Shown here piece after piece: positions 48,456 to 57,170 of a stretch of 64,000 nucleotides of DNA. The first letter of the stretch is position 1. Every line of letters begins with the position of its first letter. The stretch lies in sequence record OM386667.1, one strand, 5' to 3'. The position numbers and the translations under genes are program-made. The notes under the pieces were generated by a model, which made no database searches, was not told the origin of the DNA, and worked only from the letters and a program-made list of their open reading frames with translations. This DNA comes from Escherichia phage vB_EcoM_REC.

Positions 48456-49019
48456 CTAAATAGTTTTACTGTGATCATGACAGTGTAATAAATGATGTAT
48501 AGACCGTTGAGGATTTGTTTGACCTAATCTGTAAATGTGAAACAGATACATTCCCCGCATCAATCCTAACCTCTTTCCTTTTTCATGTAAAGTGCGAGAG
48601 AAAATTAAGTCGAATTGGATAGATTTTTCTTCGAAAGGAATTTCATTCCACAATGATTTTCTAAAAAGCAAGAAGAAACCTGCCAGAGGTGTTCCGAAAG
48701 GAACTTCTTCAACACTCACTTTATGATATTCTCTTGCAATCTTAGCATATTCTATATGGTTTAGAATATCTGGATCATCGTTAATTTGGTTAGAGAAAAG
48801 CTGATAACCACTGCCTAACCTGTTACAAGTTGCACCTATTACATCAAAAGGCGGGTTTGACATAACAAGCTCTTCAAGCATAGATGGTTGATCAGGTAGG
48901 AGGAACATTGTATCGGTATCTCTTAAACACACCCAACTATCATCTGGAAGAACGGCAATGGCTTTATTGATAGCCTTGCCGATATTTCCTGTCAGATAGG
49001 GAGTAATATAATAAATCAT
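48456..49019 (-). CDS. putative glycosyltransferase-like protein (GT-A-like)
   Basis: 187 aa; WVCLRDTDTMFL (DxD-like). Confidence 0.35.
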   Translation of the reverse strand: MIYYITPYLTGNIGKAINKAIAVLPDDSWVCLRDTDTMFLLPDQPSMLEELVMSNPPFDVIGATCNRLGSGYQLFSNQINDDPDILNHIEYAKIAREYHKVSVEEVPFGTPLAGFFLLFRKSLWNEIPFEEKSIQFDLIFSRTLHEKGKRLGLMRGMYLFHIYRLGQTNPQRSIHHLLHCHDHSKTI

Positions 49020-49035
49020 TCTCCCCTCCGTTATA

Positions 49036-49227
49036 TTAACTGTCAGCTACAATCCCACGTTTAATCATTTCTTGTTGAATCTGGATCACACGATCTCGTG
49101 CTTCCATATATTCTTTAAAAGATTCTTGGAGATGGTCACGAGCTACATCCCGTAGTTTAATCAGCTTGTCGTTTGTCACTTCTTGAAGAGAGATTTCGCC
49201 AGTTTCATTGGTCCCAAGCGTTTTCAT
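49036..49227 (-). CDS. hypothetical small protein
   Basis: 63 aa ORF. Confidence 0.3.
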   Translation of the reverse strand: MKTLGTNETGEISLQEVTNDKLIKLRDVARDHLQESFKEYMEARDRVIQIQQEMIKRGIVADS

Positions 49228-49483
49228 TTACAACCTCCTTAATAGCTACTGCACAGTTCTTACAAATACATTGACCTTTGTTCTTAGAAATTTCAATGTA
49301 AGGTTCATTTTCGTTTTCTCCGCGTCGTGAGTCGTATATTACTGTATTGAAGCAGACAACGCAAATGTTTTTAATAACGACATATTTTTGCACTTTCTGT
49401 TTAGTGCGAAAATTGACTTCAATGACTTCTCCCATCAATGAATCTCCCCTAAAATGTTGTTTTGAGACATTACTGCGGAGCAT
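49205..49483 (-). CDS. hypothetical Cys-rich small protein
   Basis: CVVCF...CICKNC zinc-ribbon-like; true start may be internal. Confidence 0.3.
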   Translation of the reverse strand: MLRSNVSKQHFRGDSLMGEVIEVNFRTKQKVQKYVVIKNICVVCFNTVIYDSRRGENENEPYIEISKNKGQCICKNCAVAIKEVVNENAWDQ

Positions 49484-49719
49484 TCTACAGCATCATGAGT
49501 CCTTGCAAAACGCTCCCACAACACAGCATCTACTTTAAGAACCATACAAGGATAAATACTGTCGTTGATCATATCAATGCTATATTTATCTACATCCTTT
49601 TCATCTTCCATAAACAAAGTAGCGTATGCTTCCAAATGCTTACGGGTGTAGTATACGTCCTCTTCGGTAAGACCGACAACCAGGTAACTTGCTACAACAA
49701 CAGTATTATCTTCTTGCAT
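49435..49719 (-). CDS. hypothetical protein
   Basis: ORF 49435-49782 trimmed to the ATG at 49719 (RBS AAAGGGGAG), which abuts the upstream stop. Confidence 0.3.
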   Translation of the reverse strand: MQEDNTVVVASYLVVGLTEEDVYYTRKHLEAYATLFMEDEKDVDKYSIDMINDSIYPCMVLKVDAVLWERFARTHDAVECSAVMSQNNILGEIH

Positions 49720-49720
49720 T

Positions 49721-50242
49721 TTAACTCCCCTTTGGTAGATAGAAACCATGCACTTTATCTCGATAAACAAGACGCATATCACGTTCCCAGTGTGTCCTTA
49801 TATTCCGTTTCTTGAAGTATAGAGCACCTTTAGTAACATCTAAAACAGACCGCAATTCAGGAAAATGTTTCTCTAAATAAAGTAAACGCTCCGCTATTGC
49901 TTTTGCTTCCTGCCACTTATCTTTCTCTGTTACGTTAAAAGTTTTCGCATATGAGAATTGTCCTTTCTGGAACAAGACTCCTCTGACTGTGTTAGGGAAG
50001 TAGGTATCATTTCTTCTGTTGATTACCACATTCCCAACGGCATTCATTCCTTTTTTACCCAGACCGCGACCTTCTGCGTAAATTGCACAAGCTAATAGAA
50101 TTTTATCATTATATTGCTTTGTACATTTGTGAACTACTTTAGCGGTTTTTACGTTTGCAGCTTCGGCTTTCGCCACAACAGGTGTAAATGTAAAAGCAGT
50201 TAAGGATAGTAACGCAACTGTTACAAAGTTTTTTATCAGCAA
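49721..50242 (-). CDS. secreted cell-wall hydrolase (SleB-like domain)
   Basis: 173 aa; N-terminal signal peptide (VALLSLTAFTFTPVVAKA); CAIYAEGRG...GMNAVGNVVINRR resembles the SleB-type hydrolase domain; TTG start with AAGGAGG RBS. Confidence 0.6.
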   Translation of the reverse strand: MLIKNFVTVALLSLTAFTFTPVVAKAEAANVKTAKVVHKCTKQYNDKILLACAIYAEGRGLGKKGMNAVGNVVINRRNDTYFPNTVRGVLFQKGQFSYAKTFNVTEKDKWQEAKAIAERLLYLEKHFPELRSVLDVTKGALYFKKRNIRTHWERDMRLVYRDKVHGFYLPKGS

Positions 50243-50274
50243 ATTTTGCCTCCTTTTTAAGTTAACGAATTTCT

Positions 50275-50303
50275 AGTATAACACGATAGAGGCTTTATTG
50301 CAA
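50275..50303 (-). promoter_or_regulatory. sigma70-like promoter candidate on minus strand (TTGCAA, 17 nt spacer, TATACT)
   Basis: Reverse complement reads TTGCAA...TATACT upstream of the hydrolase gene; overlaps a GC hairpin (50304-50323) downstream of TerD. Confidence 0.4.
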
Positions 50304-50341
50304 GAGGGGGATTTCTCCCCCTCAAAATCATTTGTTAATTA

Positions 50342-50944
50342 TTATGGACATTCATACCATTCTTTTTTACCACCGAAGGCCATCACCACATCACAAATAT
50401 CCAGACCAGCTTTACCTACACCATATGCTTTCAGCTTCCATTCCCCATCTTCACGAACCAAGGAAGCCACGTGGCAGATTGTGTTGCCAGCTACTTCAGG
50501 AGCCAGGAAGTCAAAATCCAGAATTTCCACATTGCGCTCGGAGTCGAAGATTTTAAGCATACCTTCAGAAGCATGACCAAAACGTTTCAGACCTGTATCA
50601 TCATCAATGGTCAGAACAAAGGCAATCTCTTGTGCATCAGGAGAGATTTTAGCCAAAGTAATATCAATCTGCTCCATGCTGCCAGTTCCATCACGAACAT
50701 CGTCACCAGCGAAGGTAGAACGTTCAGGATCAAACTTGTTAGCATAGCAAACCAGATGACGTGCAGACAGCATTTCAGGATTACCAGCGGCATTGTGACG
50801 ACAAACCAGTGCACTTACATCCAGATCCAGTTTAGAATCAGATTTCCAAGAGAATTCCAGGCGCAGTTCTTTCAGAGCCGGAGCAACTTTCTTCAGGGAA
50901 ATTTTTTCGCTAGAGCCTTTTTTCAGGGAAATTTTATCAGTCAT
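50342..50944 (-). CDS. terD: TerD-family stress protein
   Basis: 200 aa; N-terminal ISLKKG...ISLKK; DLDVSALV; calcium-binding-like GDDVRDGTGSMEQ; C-terminal EWKLKAYG; overall pattern matches TerD domain. Confidence 0.8.
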   Translation of the reverse strand: MTDKISLKKGSSEKISLKKVAPALKELRLEFSWKSDSKLDLDVSALVCRHNAAGNPEMLSARHLVCYANKFDPERSTFAGDDVRDGTGSMEQIDITLAKISPDAQEIAFVLTIDDDTGLKRFGHASEGMLKIFDSERNVEILDFDFLAPEVAGNTICHVASLVREDGEWKLKAYGVGKAGLDICDVVMAFGGKKEWYECP

Positions 50945-50959
50945 CTTTTGTCTCCTCTA

Positions 50960-51229
50960 TTATTTAAGTGTAATACCAGTTACAGTCAATTCTACTTCCA
51001 AAAGCTTAGATGTGTTTTGGATTGATACTAATTGTGCATGATGGTTTAGTTCTACAGCAGAATAATCATTTTCCCCATCATCTACTTTTAAATAAACAAT
51101 GATTTCACTAAGGTCTAAACCATTTTCGTCAAATGCATTTTCATAGACGAAAGTATCTCCTACATCCAAATCTTTAATGGTAAGGCATCGTTTATTTACT
51201 TTTTGCTCATCAATTTCGAAGTTTAACAC
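50960..51229 (-). CDS. small hypothetical protein, paralog A (DLDVGxTF...ITLK family)
   Basis: GTG start with AGGAGGAAG RBS; paralogous to 52251-52529. Confidence 0.45.
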   Translation of the reverse strand: MLNFEIDEQKVNKRCLTIKDLDVGDTFVYENAFDENGLDLSEIIVYLKVDDGENDYSAVELNHHAQLVSIQNTSKLLEVELTVTGITLK

Positions 51230-51458
51230 TTCTTCCTCCTAATGTTATCTCCGGTTTGTATATACGAAGAATTATAGCATTTTCATTTTCTTTGTCAACC
51301 CATTCTTCATAATCGGGCCATACATGAATCTCCACTCTACTTACAATATCTTCCATTCGCACAGTCCCAATGAAATACTCTTTGAGACTGCGCATAATGA
51401 AAGCTTCTCTCTCGCGCCAATAATTTTCTATGACTTGAGAGGCAAGCTCGTCGATCAT
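51210..51458 (-). CDS. hypothetical protein
   Basis: 82 aa ORF. Confidence 0.35.
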   Translation of the reverse strand: MIDELASQVIENYWREREAFIMRSLKEYFIGTVRMEDIVSRVEIHVWPDYEEWVDKENENAIILRIYKPEITLGGRSVKLRN

Positions 51459-52249
51459 TTTTTAGCACCTACTTTAACAACCCACTCTCCGAACTCTTCA
51501 GATAAGAGTTTGTCATAAAGCTCTGAATCTGTCAAGTCTAAATCTTTAATGCCAATAAAACCAACATTATCATAAGCATTTGCCAGTTCTTTCAGGAACC
51601 CAAACTTCTCATTACCAACGCCAACCATGAACCAATAAATAGGTTTATTCTTATTCTCTTCAATAAGACGACGAACAGCACTAGGATCACCATTCTCACC
51701 ATCCGTCTGGAAGAATACAACACCAGGGGTAACGTCAGCACCTGGTTCAGATACAGCTACAACTTTTTCACGCTCTACAGACACTGTTTCAGTTTTACCA
51801 AGCAGACGATTAAAGAAGCCTTTCTTTGGAGCCTCCTCTTGTACCACTTGTTTAGTGGTAATATATTTGGTAACAGTGCCAAAATACTCACCGTAGATAT
51901 CTGCCATTACAGGGGCGTAATTTGTTCCACCTCCGATACGAACATTACGCATACATTTACCAACATAGTCATCGTAAACGTCTGCTGTTGCTGGAGTAAG
52001 CTCTTGGGAACTCGTATTGAAGGCCCACATATCAATTTGTTGATTATCGTCGAACAGCATACCAAAAGGAAGCAGTTTACCTACAAAATCACTCACTACC
52101 CCACTAGAATATAGACCATGCATACTACCAGAAATATCTAGAGCACATGCTACACGAAGAACAATCTTACCTTCATTCAGGTTCTTATTCTTTTTCAGAG
52201 AGAAAGCAAGGTTTTCTTGACGTTTTTTCAGGCTGATTTTCTCGGACAT
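51455..52249 (-). CDS. vWA-domain protein (TerF/TerY-like) with TerD-like N-terminal ISLKK motif
   Basis: 264 aa; MIDAS-like motif ALDISGSM; N-terminus MSEKISLKK mirrors TerD N-terminus MTDKISLKK. Confidence 0.65.
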   Translation of the reverse strand: MSEKISLKKRQENLAFSLKKNKNLNEGKIVLRVACALDISGSMHGLYSSGVVSDFVGKLLPFGMLFDDNQQIDMWAFNTSSQELTPATADVYDDYVGKCMRNVRIGGGTNYAPVMADIYGEYFGTVTKYITTKQVVQEEAPKKGFFNRLLGKTETVSVEREKVVAVSEPGADVTPGVVFFQTDGENGDPSAVRRLIEENKNKPIYWFMVGVGNEKFGFLKELANAYDNVGFIGIKDLDLTDSELYDKLLSEEFGEWVVKVGAKK

Positions 52250-52250
52250 A

Positions 52251-52529
52251 TTATTTCTCCTTCTTAAGTGTAATATTGGTAACTTCTAAATCTACTTCCA
52301 CCATATTTGTATCTGGTGGGATGCAATGAGTATAGCCTCGTTGTGCTAGTGATCCATTAATACAAATCGCACTGTTTGTGGAATTTTTAATGAACACCAA
52401 GTTACGGTAGGTATCCAACCCTGCGTCTTCATAGGCATCATAATACATGAATGTTGCCCCTACGTCAAGATCTTCGAAAGCAATAGGTAAATCTTGACTT
52501 TTTTCTTCTTGAATATTGAATCTAAACAC
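52251..52529 (-). CDS. small hypothetical protein, paralog B (DLDVGxTF...ITLK family)
   Basis: ORF 52251-52595 trimmed to the GTG at 52529 (GAGGAGG RBS); from there it aligns with paralog A. Confidence 0.45.
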   Translation of the reverse strand: MFRFNIQEEKSQDLPIAFEDLDVGATFMYYDAYEDAGLDTYRNLVFIKNSTNSAICINGSLAQRGYTHCIPPDTNMVEVDLEVTNITLKKEK

Positions 52530-53085
52530 GCATACCTCCTCTACCAATTTTGAAGCCCAAATCGTAAGCTTCCTTAGTGATCTTTTGTAACTCACTTATA
52601 GGAAGTGTTACAAGAGGATCATCTTCTTCAATTTCCATCTTGTCATCTTCTGTTTCAATGAGAGTATTATGCACTTTGTGATAAGGGTTGTCAACACGTT
52701 TAAACTTATTCTTTTCTGTGCTGAAAAAACAATCTGGATCTTCTTCACCATCACCCCAACCTTGGTTAGGATCTCCGTCAGATTGTTCTGTAGGGATTTC
52801 ACCTGTAAAGTACTCTTCCAGCACCATAGCGATACCGTCCCTTGGATTTGAGGAATGCATCAAATCACAAACCTTACTCCAATCCATAGCCCATTCAAAT
52901 CGTTCACGAACACCATTTTCATCCTCCTTTCCAGAGAAAACACAACCATAACTATCATAGTTCCCATACATCTCTTCAATAACAACACCGTCCTTCAAAA
53001 GAAAGAGGTAGCAAGGTGATCCGTCGAAAGAAGTAGAAAGGGCAGCTTTGCCCGATTCTTTGCACAAAAAGCTAAAACAACCCAT
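52522..53085 (-). CDS. hypothetical acidic protein
   Basis: 187 aa ORF. Confidence 0.4.
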   Translation of the reverse strand: MGCFSFLCKESGKAALSTSFDGSPCYLFLLKDGVVIEEMYGNYDSYGCVFSGKEDENGVRERFEWAMDWSKVCDLMHSSNPRDGIAMVLEEYFTGEIPTEQSDGDPNQGWGDGEEDPDCFFSTEKNKFKRVDNPYHKVHNTLIETEDDKMEIEEDDPLVTLPISELQKITKEAYDLGFKIGRGGMRV

Positions 53086-53483
53086 TACAAACCCTCCTTC
53101 AGATTATCAAGAGCTACAGTGGTTTCACAAAATTCTCCATAAGCTTTATGATGTTCCAGAAAAGCTTCGGGTCCACCCCAGTCATTATCTTGTGTATTCC
53201 AGCCATCAATAAAAGCATCTTCAATGATTGTGATCAGTTCCTGTCGAGTCAGCGTAATGGTATCAGGTTTCTGCGTAGTTTCCACACGGAACCCTGGTTC
53301 TTCATAAAAACCTTTAGTTACAATGGACTCTAACTCTTCTGCATCACAGAGGAAGTAGCCACAAAGATAACACCAACCGTCACCATCTTTCATTACTTCA
53401 TAAACTTCACCACTTGCTAACTTAGTGAAAAGAGTAGGGTCTGTTACTGTAAGTTTTAAAAGAATACCTGTTGGATTATACAT
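53085..53483 (-). CDS. hypothetical protein
   Basis: 132 aa ORF, GAGGAGGAAG RBS. Confidence 0.4.
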   Translation of the reverse strand: MYNPTGILLKLTVTDPTLFTKLASGEVYEVMKDGDGWCYLCGYFLCDAEELESIVTKGFYEEPGFRVETTQKPDTITLTRQELITIIEDAFIDGWNTQDNDWGGPEAFLEHHKAYGEFCETTVALDNLKEGL

Positions 53484-53649
53484 CTTCTTCCTCCTCTAAA
53501 ATATGGAACCCGTAATTACAATAATCCTGAAAGGTTTCGTGTGCAAGATCTTCTATATCCTCTTGAGACATATCATCTTCAATTTCGATATCCACAACCT
53601 CATTGCATCCACACCAAGCAGTTTCAATATTCACTCGTAATATTTTCAT
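53476..53649 (-). CDS. small acidic hypothetical protein (57 aa, below ORF-track cutoff)
   Basis: ATG at 53649 overlaps the upstream TAA (TAATG coupling); translation MKILRVNIETAWCGCNEVVDIEIEDD...LEEEEDV. Confidence 0.3.
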   Translation of the reverse strand: MKILRVNIETAWCGCNEVVDIEIEDDMSQEDIEDLAHETFQDYCNYGFHILEEEEDV

Positions 53650-53849
53650 TACTCCTCCTCCTCCTCATTGAAGTCAATATCTGCAAGGAGTTCGAATTTA
53701 CGGAAGTTACGACAACCTTCATAAATATAACAATCACGACAAACTGCTAGAACACTTGGGGGATATATGCCTCCCATCGGTGCGAATCGTTTTTCGTCAT
53801 CATAACGGACACCAATGTCTTCATCAATTATATAGATACGGATTCTCAT
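53649..53849 (-). CDS. small hypothetical protein
   Basis: 66 aa; CRDC...C; ends NEEEEE. Confidence 0.3.
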   Translation of the reverse strand: MRIRIYIIDEDIGVRYDDEKRFAPMGGIYPPSVLAVCRDCYIYEGCRNFRKFELLADIDFNEEEEE

Positions 53850-54958
53850 TTACCAAGCCCTCGTTTCACAGCAGCTACCATCCCGTCTTCCAGAGATTGA
53901 ACTTCATTAATATAATCAACACGAGCAGCACGGGCTTCCGTATTGATGCGGTTAGTTTCTTCCAACATCTTAACCAAGTTTTCCTGATCGTGACGCAGAG
54001 TTTCAATATCCAACACTTGACGGTTAGCCAGTGCTGCTGCTTCGATCTGATTCTGTGTGGCAAGATCGCTACCCAGTTTAATTGCCAGGTTAAATTCATC
54101 AAGAACGTTATTCTGCGTCTCTGCTGCTTTCATTTGACGTAAGCTCTCGATATACATTGAGAAGTTAGCAGAGTAAGCAGGAATAACATTATTTACTATG
54201 TTACGCGCAGATCGCATTAAGCTTGCAGAAACTTTTTGCATACCTTGTACACGCGGTCCCATTTGGACACACAGTAGGCGCAATGCTTTTAAATCTGCAA
54301 TACGAATCTCCAGAAGATCCAAAGTATCTCGGATCACTTGTCGCTGTTCTACTGCATCTTCTGGAAGAGCAGCCAAAGCTTGTTCTTCTTTTTCATAGGT
54401 TGCTGTTAGAAGCTGCATATCTCGGTTCAAACTTGCAGCATATTGTCCAATAGCTTGATGTAGCTTTTCAAGATATACCAAGGAATCTTCTTCTTTGCGA
54501 ATATCCATTTGAAGGTTCTTTACCAACTCTTCAATACGGTTATTAACATTATCAAACTCCCCGAACAGGTCTTCTTTCATACCCATAACTTTTTTAATGA
54601 GTTTAGTAATACCCTTACTTTGTTTAATAGAGTTTGGATCAAGTTGTTTTGCCTGTTTAATCAAAGCTGTGAGTCGTTCACTCATCTGATCGCCTTGATT
54701 ACTACGTTGATGTTTTAACACCTCGGCATTCAAGGAACGCAAGGTTGTTCCTGCCTCTGCCCCAATCTCTTCAATCTCTTGTCGGGTCATAGAAGGCAAA
54801 ACTGGAACTTCTTGCGGTGCCGCTGGTGCATAAACAGGACTGGCATCTAACACGCTTGGAGCGAATACAGATTTACTTGCATCTGTTGTTGCAGCAAATA
54901 CGCTCATTTCAGGCTTCTTCTGACCACCAGTAGCTGCTTTTAAAAATGGACTTGTCAT
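53846..54958 (-). CDS. telA: TelA-like toxic-anion-resistance family protein
   Basis: 370 aa, largely helical; length and composition fit the TelA/KlaA family; sits in a TerD/TerC neighbourhood. Confidence 0.6.
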   Translation of the reverse strand: MTSPFLKAATGGQKKPEMSVFAATTDASKSVFAPSVLDASPVYAPAAPQEVPVLPSMTRQEIEEIGAEAGTTLRSLNAEVLKHQRSNQGDQMSERLTALIKQAKQLDPNSIKQSKGITKLIKKVMGMKEDLFGEFDNVNNRIEELVKNLQMDIRKEEDSLVYLEKLHQAIGQYAASLNRDMQLLTATYEKEEQALAALPEDAVEQRQVIRDTLDLLEIRIADLKALRLLCVQMGPRVQGMQKVSASLMRSARNIVNNVIPAYSANFSMYIESLRQMKAAETQNNVLDEFNLAIKLGSDLATQNQIEAAALANRQVLDIETLRHDQENLVKMLEETNRINTEARAARVDYINEVQSLEDGMVAAVKRGLGK

Positions 54959-55545
54959 TCTTCATTCTCCTCTTCTGCATCTCTTATATATGGTGAAACA
55001 CCGTACTCTTTAGCTACTTTAACCCAATCGTCCCATTTATACAACCATAATTTTCCTTCGGTCCCTTCTTTATCTGATTTCAACCACATATTAGGTTGCT
55101 TACCTGGGTACATGCGATTAGGTTTACGATTATAACCTCTAACACATCTTGTCGCAAACCTATCTACCAGAACAAGAACATATTTATATTCGTGGTTCAA
55201 CGGCTCTTTGGAAGTGGCTTTAGGATTAGCCCCTAATTCTGCTGCCAGTTTTTGCCAATGAGCACCGTGCCTACTAAACTTACCCATACAACCATCAATA
55301 GCATGAGCAATTTCGTGCTTCATTGTATCCACGATCATATCTCTTGTGGAGTTCTTATGCAAGTGCCAATTTACAACAACAATTTTATCTCGGTAGTTGC
55401 ACCAACCGAAAGAGTTATTCACTTTGTTTCTAACACAAGCTTTATATCCTGCTTCACGTAACATGTTGTAGTAAACAGGAAAATCTTCTTTTATTTCCTG
55501 CATCACTTCCCACCACAAGAGTTGCAAGTCTCTCTCGGTATGCAT
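54955..55545 (-). CDS. SprT-like zinc metalloprotease domain protein
   Basis: 196 aa; HEIAHAIDG (HExxH) then SRHGAHWQKLAAELG, typical of SprT-like domain. Confidence 0.6.
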   Translation of the reverse strand: MHTERDLQLLWWEVMQEIKEDFPVYYNMLREAGYKACVRNKVNNSFGWCNYRDKIVVVNWHLHKNSTRDMIVDTMKHEIAHAIDGCMGKFSRHGAHWQKLAAELGANPKATSKEPLNHEYKYVLVLVDRFATRCVRGYNRKPNRMYPGKQPNMWLKSDKEGTEGKLWLYKWDDWVKVAKEYGVSPYIRDAEEENEE

Positions 55546-55548
55546 AAC

Positions 55549-56142
55549 TTACACCTTAAAAGCGAAATGCGTGGTCGTGGCTTCAAAATCAGGGCCAGAT
55601 AAACTTGCACTGAAATCTGAAATATTTGTAATTAAAAAGCTTTTATGCATACCTAACACAGCCACGCTTTCAATATCTTCTACTAACATTTCAATCATGT
55701 TAGAAACATGGCTGAACGTATAGTTTTGTTTTTTGATGGTGTAGAAAGAAAGACTCCCACCTGCTGTATAAGATACCTCTTCAAAATCTTTAATCGTATA
55801 TTGTGTGCCATCAGTAAAGAAAATGGTAGCTTTATTAGTAGCACGTTTCTTGTTTTTTGGTCCTTTTTTACGTTTACTGCGAGTAGGCAAACCGTTTGGG
55901 AACACCATAGCTACAAATTCTTCAGGAGAAACCTCCTTACCGAAATCATAACCGTAAGAAACAGCGTCTATAAACTCGTCGTCTTCATTTTTAAAATAAT
56001 GAAAATAGGGCCAATTTGAGAGATTATCGAGCATCTTATGCTCATCCACAGCAGAGAACGTATCCCTCAAAGCACGTGTGATTTGCAAAGCATTAGGCAA
56101 ACTTTTAACACCTGTAATGGAAGTACGAATAGAAATTGTCAT
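55549..56142 (-). CDS. hypothetical protein
   Basis: 197 aa ORF. Confidence 0.4.
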   Translation of the reverse strand: MTISIRTSITGVKSLPNALQITRALRDTFSAVDEHKMLDNLSNWPYFHYFKNEDDEFIDAVSYGYDFGKEVSPEEFVAMVFPNGLPTRSKRKKGPKNKKRATNKATIFFTDGTQYTIKDFEEVSYTAGGSLSFYTIKKQNYTFSHVSNMIEMLVEDIESVAVLGMHKSFLITNISDFSASLSGPDFEATTTHFAFKV

Positions 56143-56156
56143 TGTTTTTCTCCTTA

Positions 56157-56594
56157 TTAACGTCGCTTGCTACGAGATGAACTCTTTTTACTTAAAGGGC
56201 TATTGTAAGATTTACGAGTTGTATAGCTACTATTTGTTTTAAAAGTTTGTCTCGGCTTTTCATAAGTTTTTATCTCTTGTTTAGGCTTACCATAAAAATT
56301 AGTTTTCGGTTTAGGTGTATTATAATGCTTATTAATAATCGTTCTGTTATCGTTATAATCCCCACTGCTACGATTACTACCGCCACTCATCATATGCCCT
56401 AACAACATACCTGTAGCAAACTCACCAACACCGCTACTACTAGAACCGCCACCATTGTTGATAATAGTTGTATCTCCGTCAGATCCTTGTTGAGCGTATT
56501 GTTGAGGAGGTTGTTGGTATTGTGCAGGATTTGTTTCATCCTCGCAAGCTGTTAAAAAGATACAACCAATTAAAATCAGGGCTAGTTTTTTCAT
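56157..56594 (-). CDS. putative lipoprotein
   Basis: ORF 56157-56669 trimmed to the ATG at 56594 (RBS GAGGAAA); MKKLALILIGCIFLTAC with lipobox LTAC; Gln/Pro/Gly/Ser-rich. Confidence 0.55.
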   Translation of the reverse strand: MKKLALILIGCIFLTACEDETNPAQYQQPPQQYAQQGSDGDTTIINNGGGSSSSGVGEFATGMLLGHMMSGGSNRSSGDYNDNRTIINKHYNTPKPKTNFYGKPKQEIKTYEKPRQTFKTNSSYTTRKSYNSPLSKKSSSRSKRR

Positions 56595-56777
56595 ATTTGC
56601 TTTCCTCGTTTTGGCTATTAATACATCTGTGTTTGAAATCTCCAGAGAAGCAATAAAGTTGCTCTCCATCTCGGTATAAACTCACTTTACTGCCGTTGAT
56701 TACGCTTGTCAATACAAAAATTACAACAAACAACCCTATTGCAAAACAGATATTTTCAAACACAACCAACAAGTATT

Positions 56778-57128
56778 TCATTTTAAAAACACCTCATCAT
56801 CAGTCTCATTATCCCAGAAGAACAAATCCCAACCATTTGGATCATTCCATTTGGCTGCTGGAGAAGTCCATATTTGCTCAATATCAATATTCAAAACTTC
56901 ACCGTTTCGTTTTGAAACAGCTTTAGTTAATTCCCAACGAGATACAGGCTCTACTTCTCCTGAACCACTTCCACAACAAGCTACAACATTAGGAGGCAAA
57001 TTAATTGGATCTTTGGTCACAATCATAACGCTTACCCCAGGGTAAACTTTTGAAAGATAATCTGAAATGTAATCCACATCACCAGATAAATCCCAAACAA
57101 GTTCTTGAATTTCATCAAAATTACTCAT
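56778..57128 (-). CDS. hypothetical protein
   Basis: 116 aa ORF with Trp-rich C-terminus. Confidence 0.4.
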   Translation of the reverse strand: MSNFDEIQELVWDLSGDVDYISDYLSKVYPGVSVMIVTKDPINLPPNVVACCGSGSGEVEPVSRWELTKAVSKRNGEVLNIDIEQIWTSPAAKWNDPNGWDLFFWDNETDDEVFLK

Positions 57129-57146
57129 AAGTCTCTCCTATAAAAT

Positions 57147-57164
57147 AGCCTCCCGAAGGAGGCT
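57147..57164 (-). terminator. stem-loop/terminator downstream of TerC gene
   Basis: Stem AGCCTCC/GGAGGCT, loop CGAA. Confidence 0.45.
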
Positions 57165-57170
57165 CATTTA

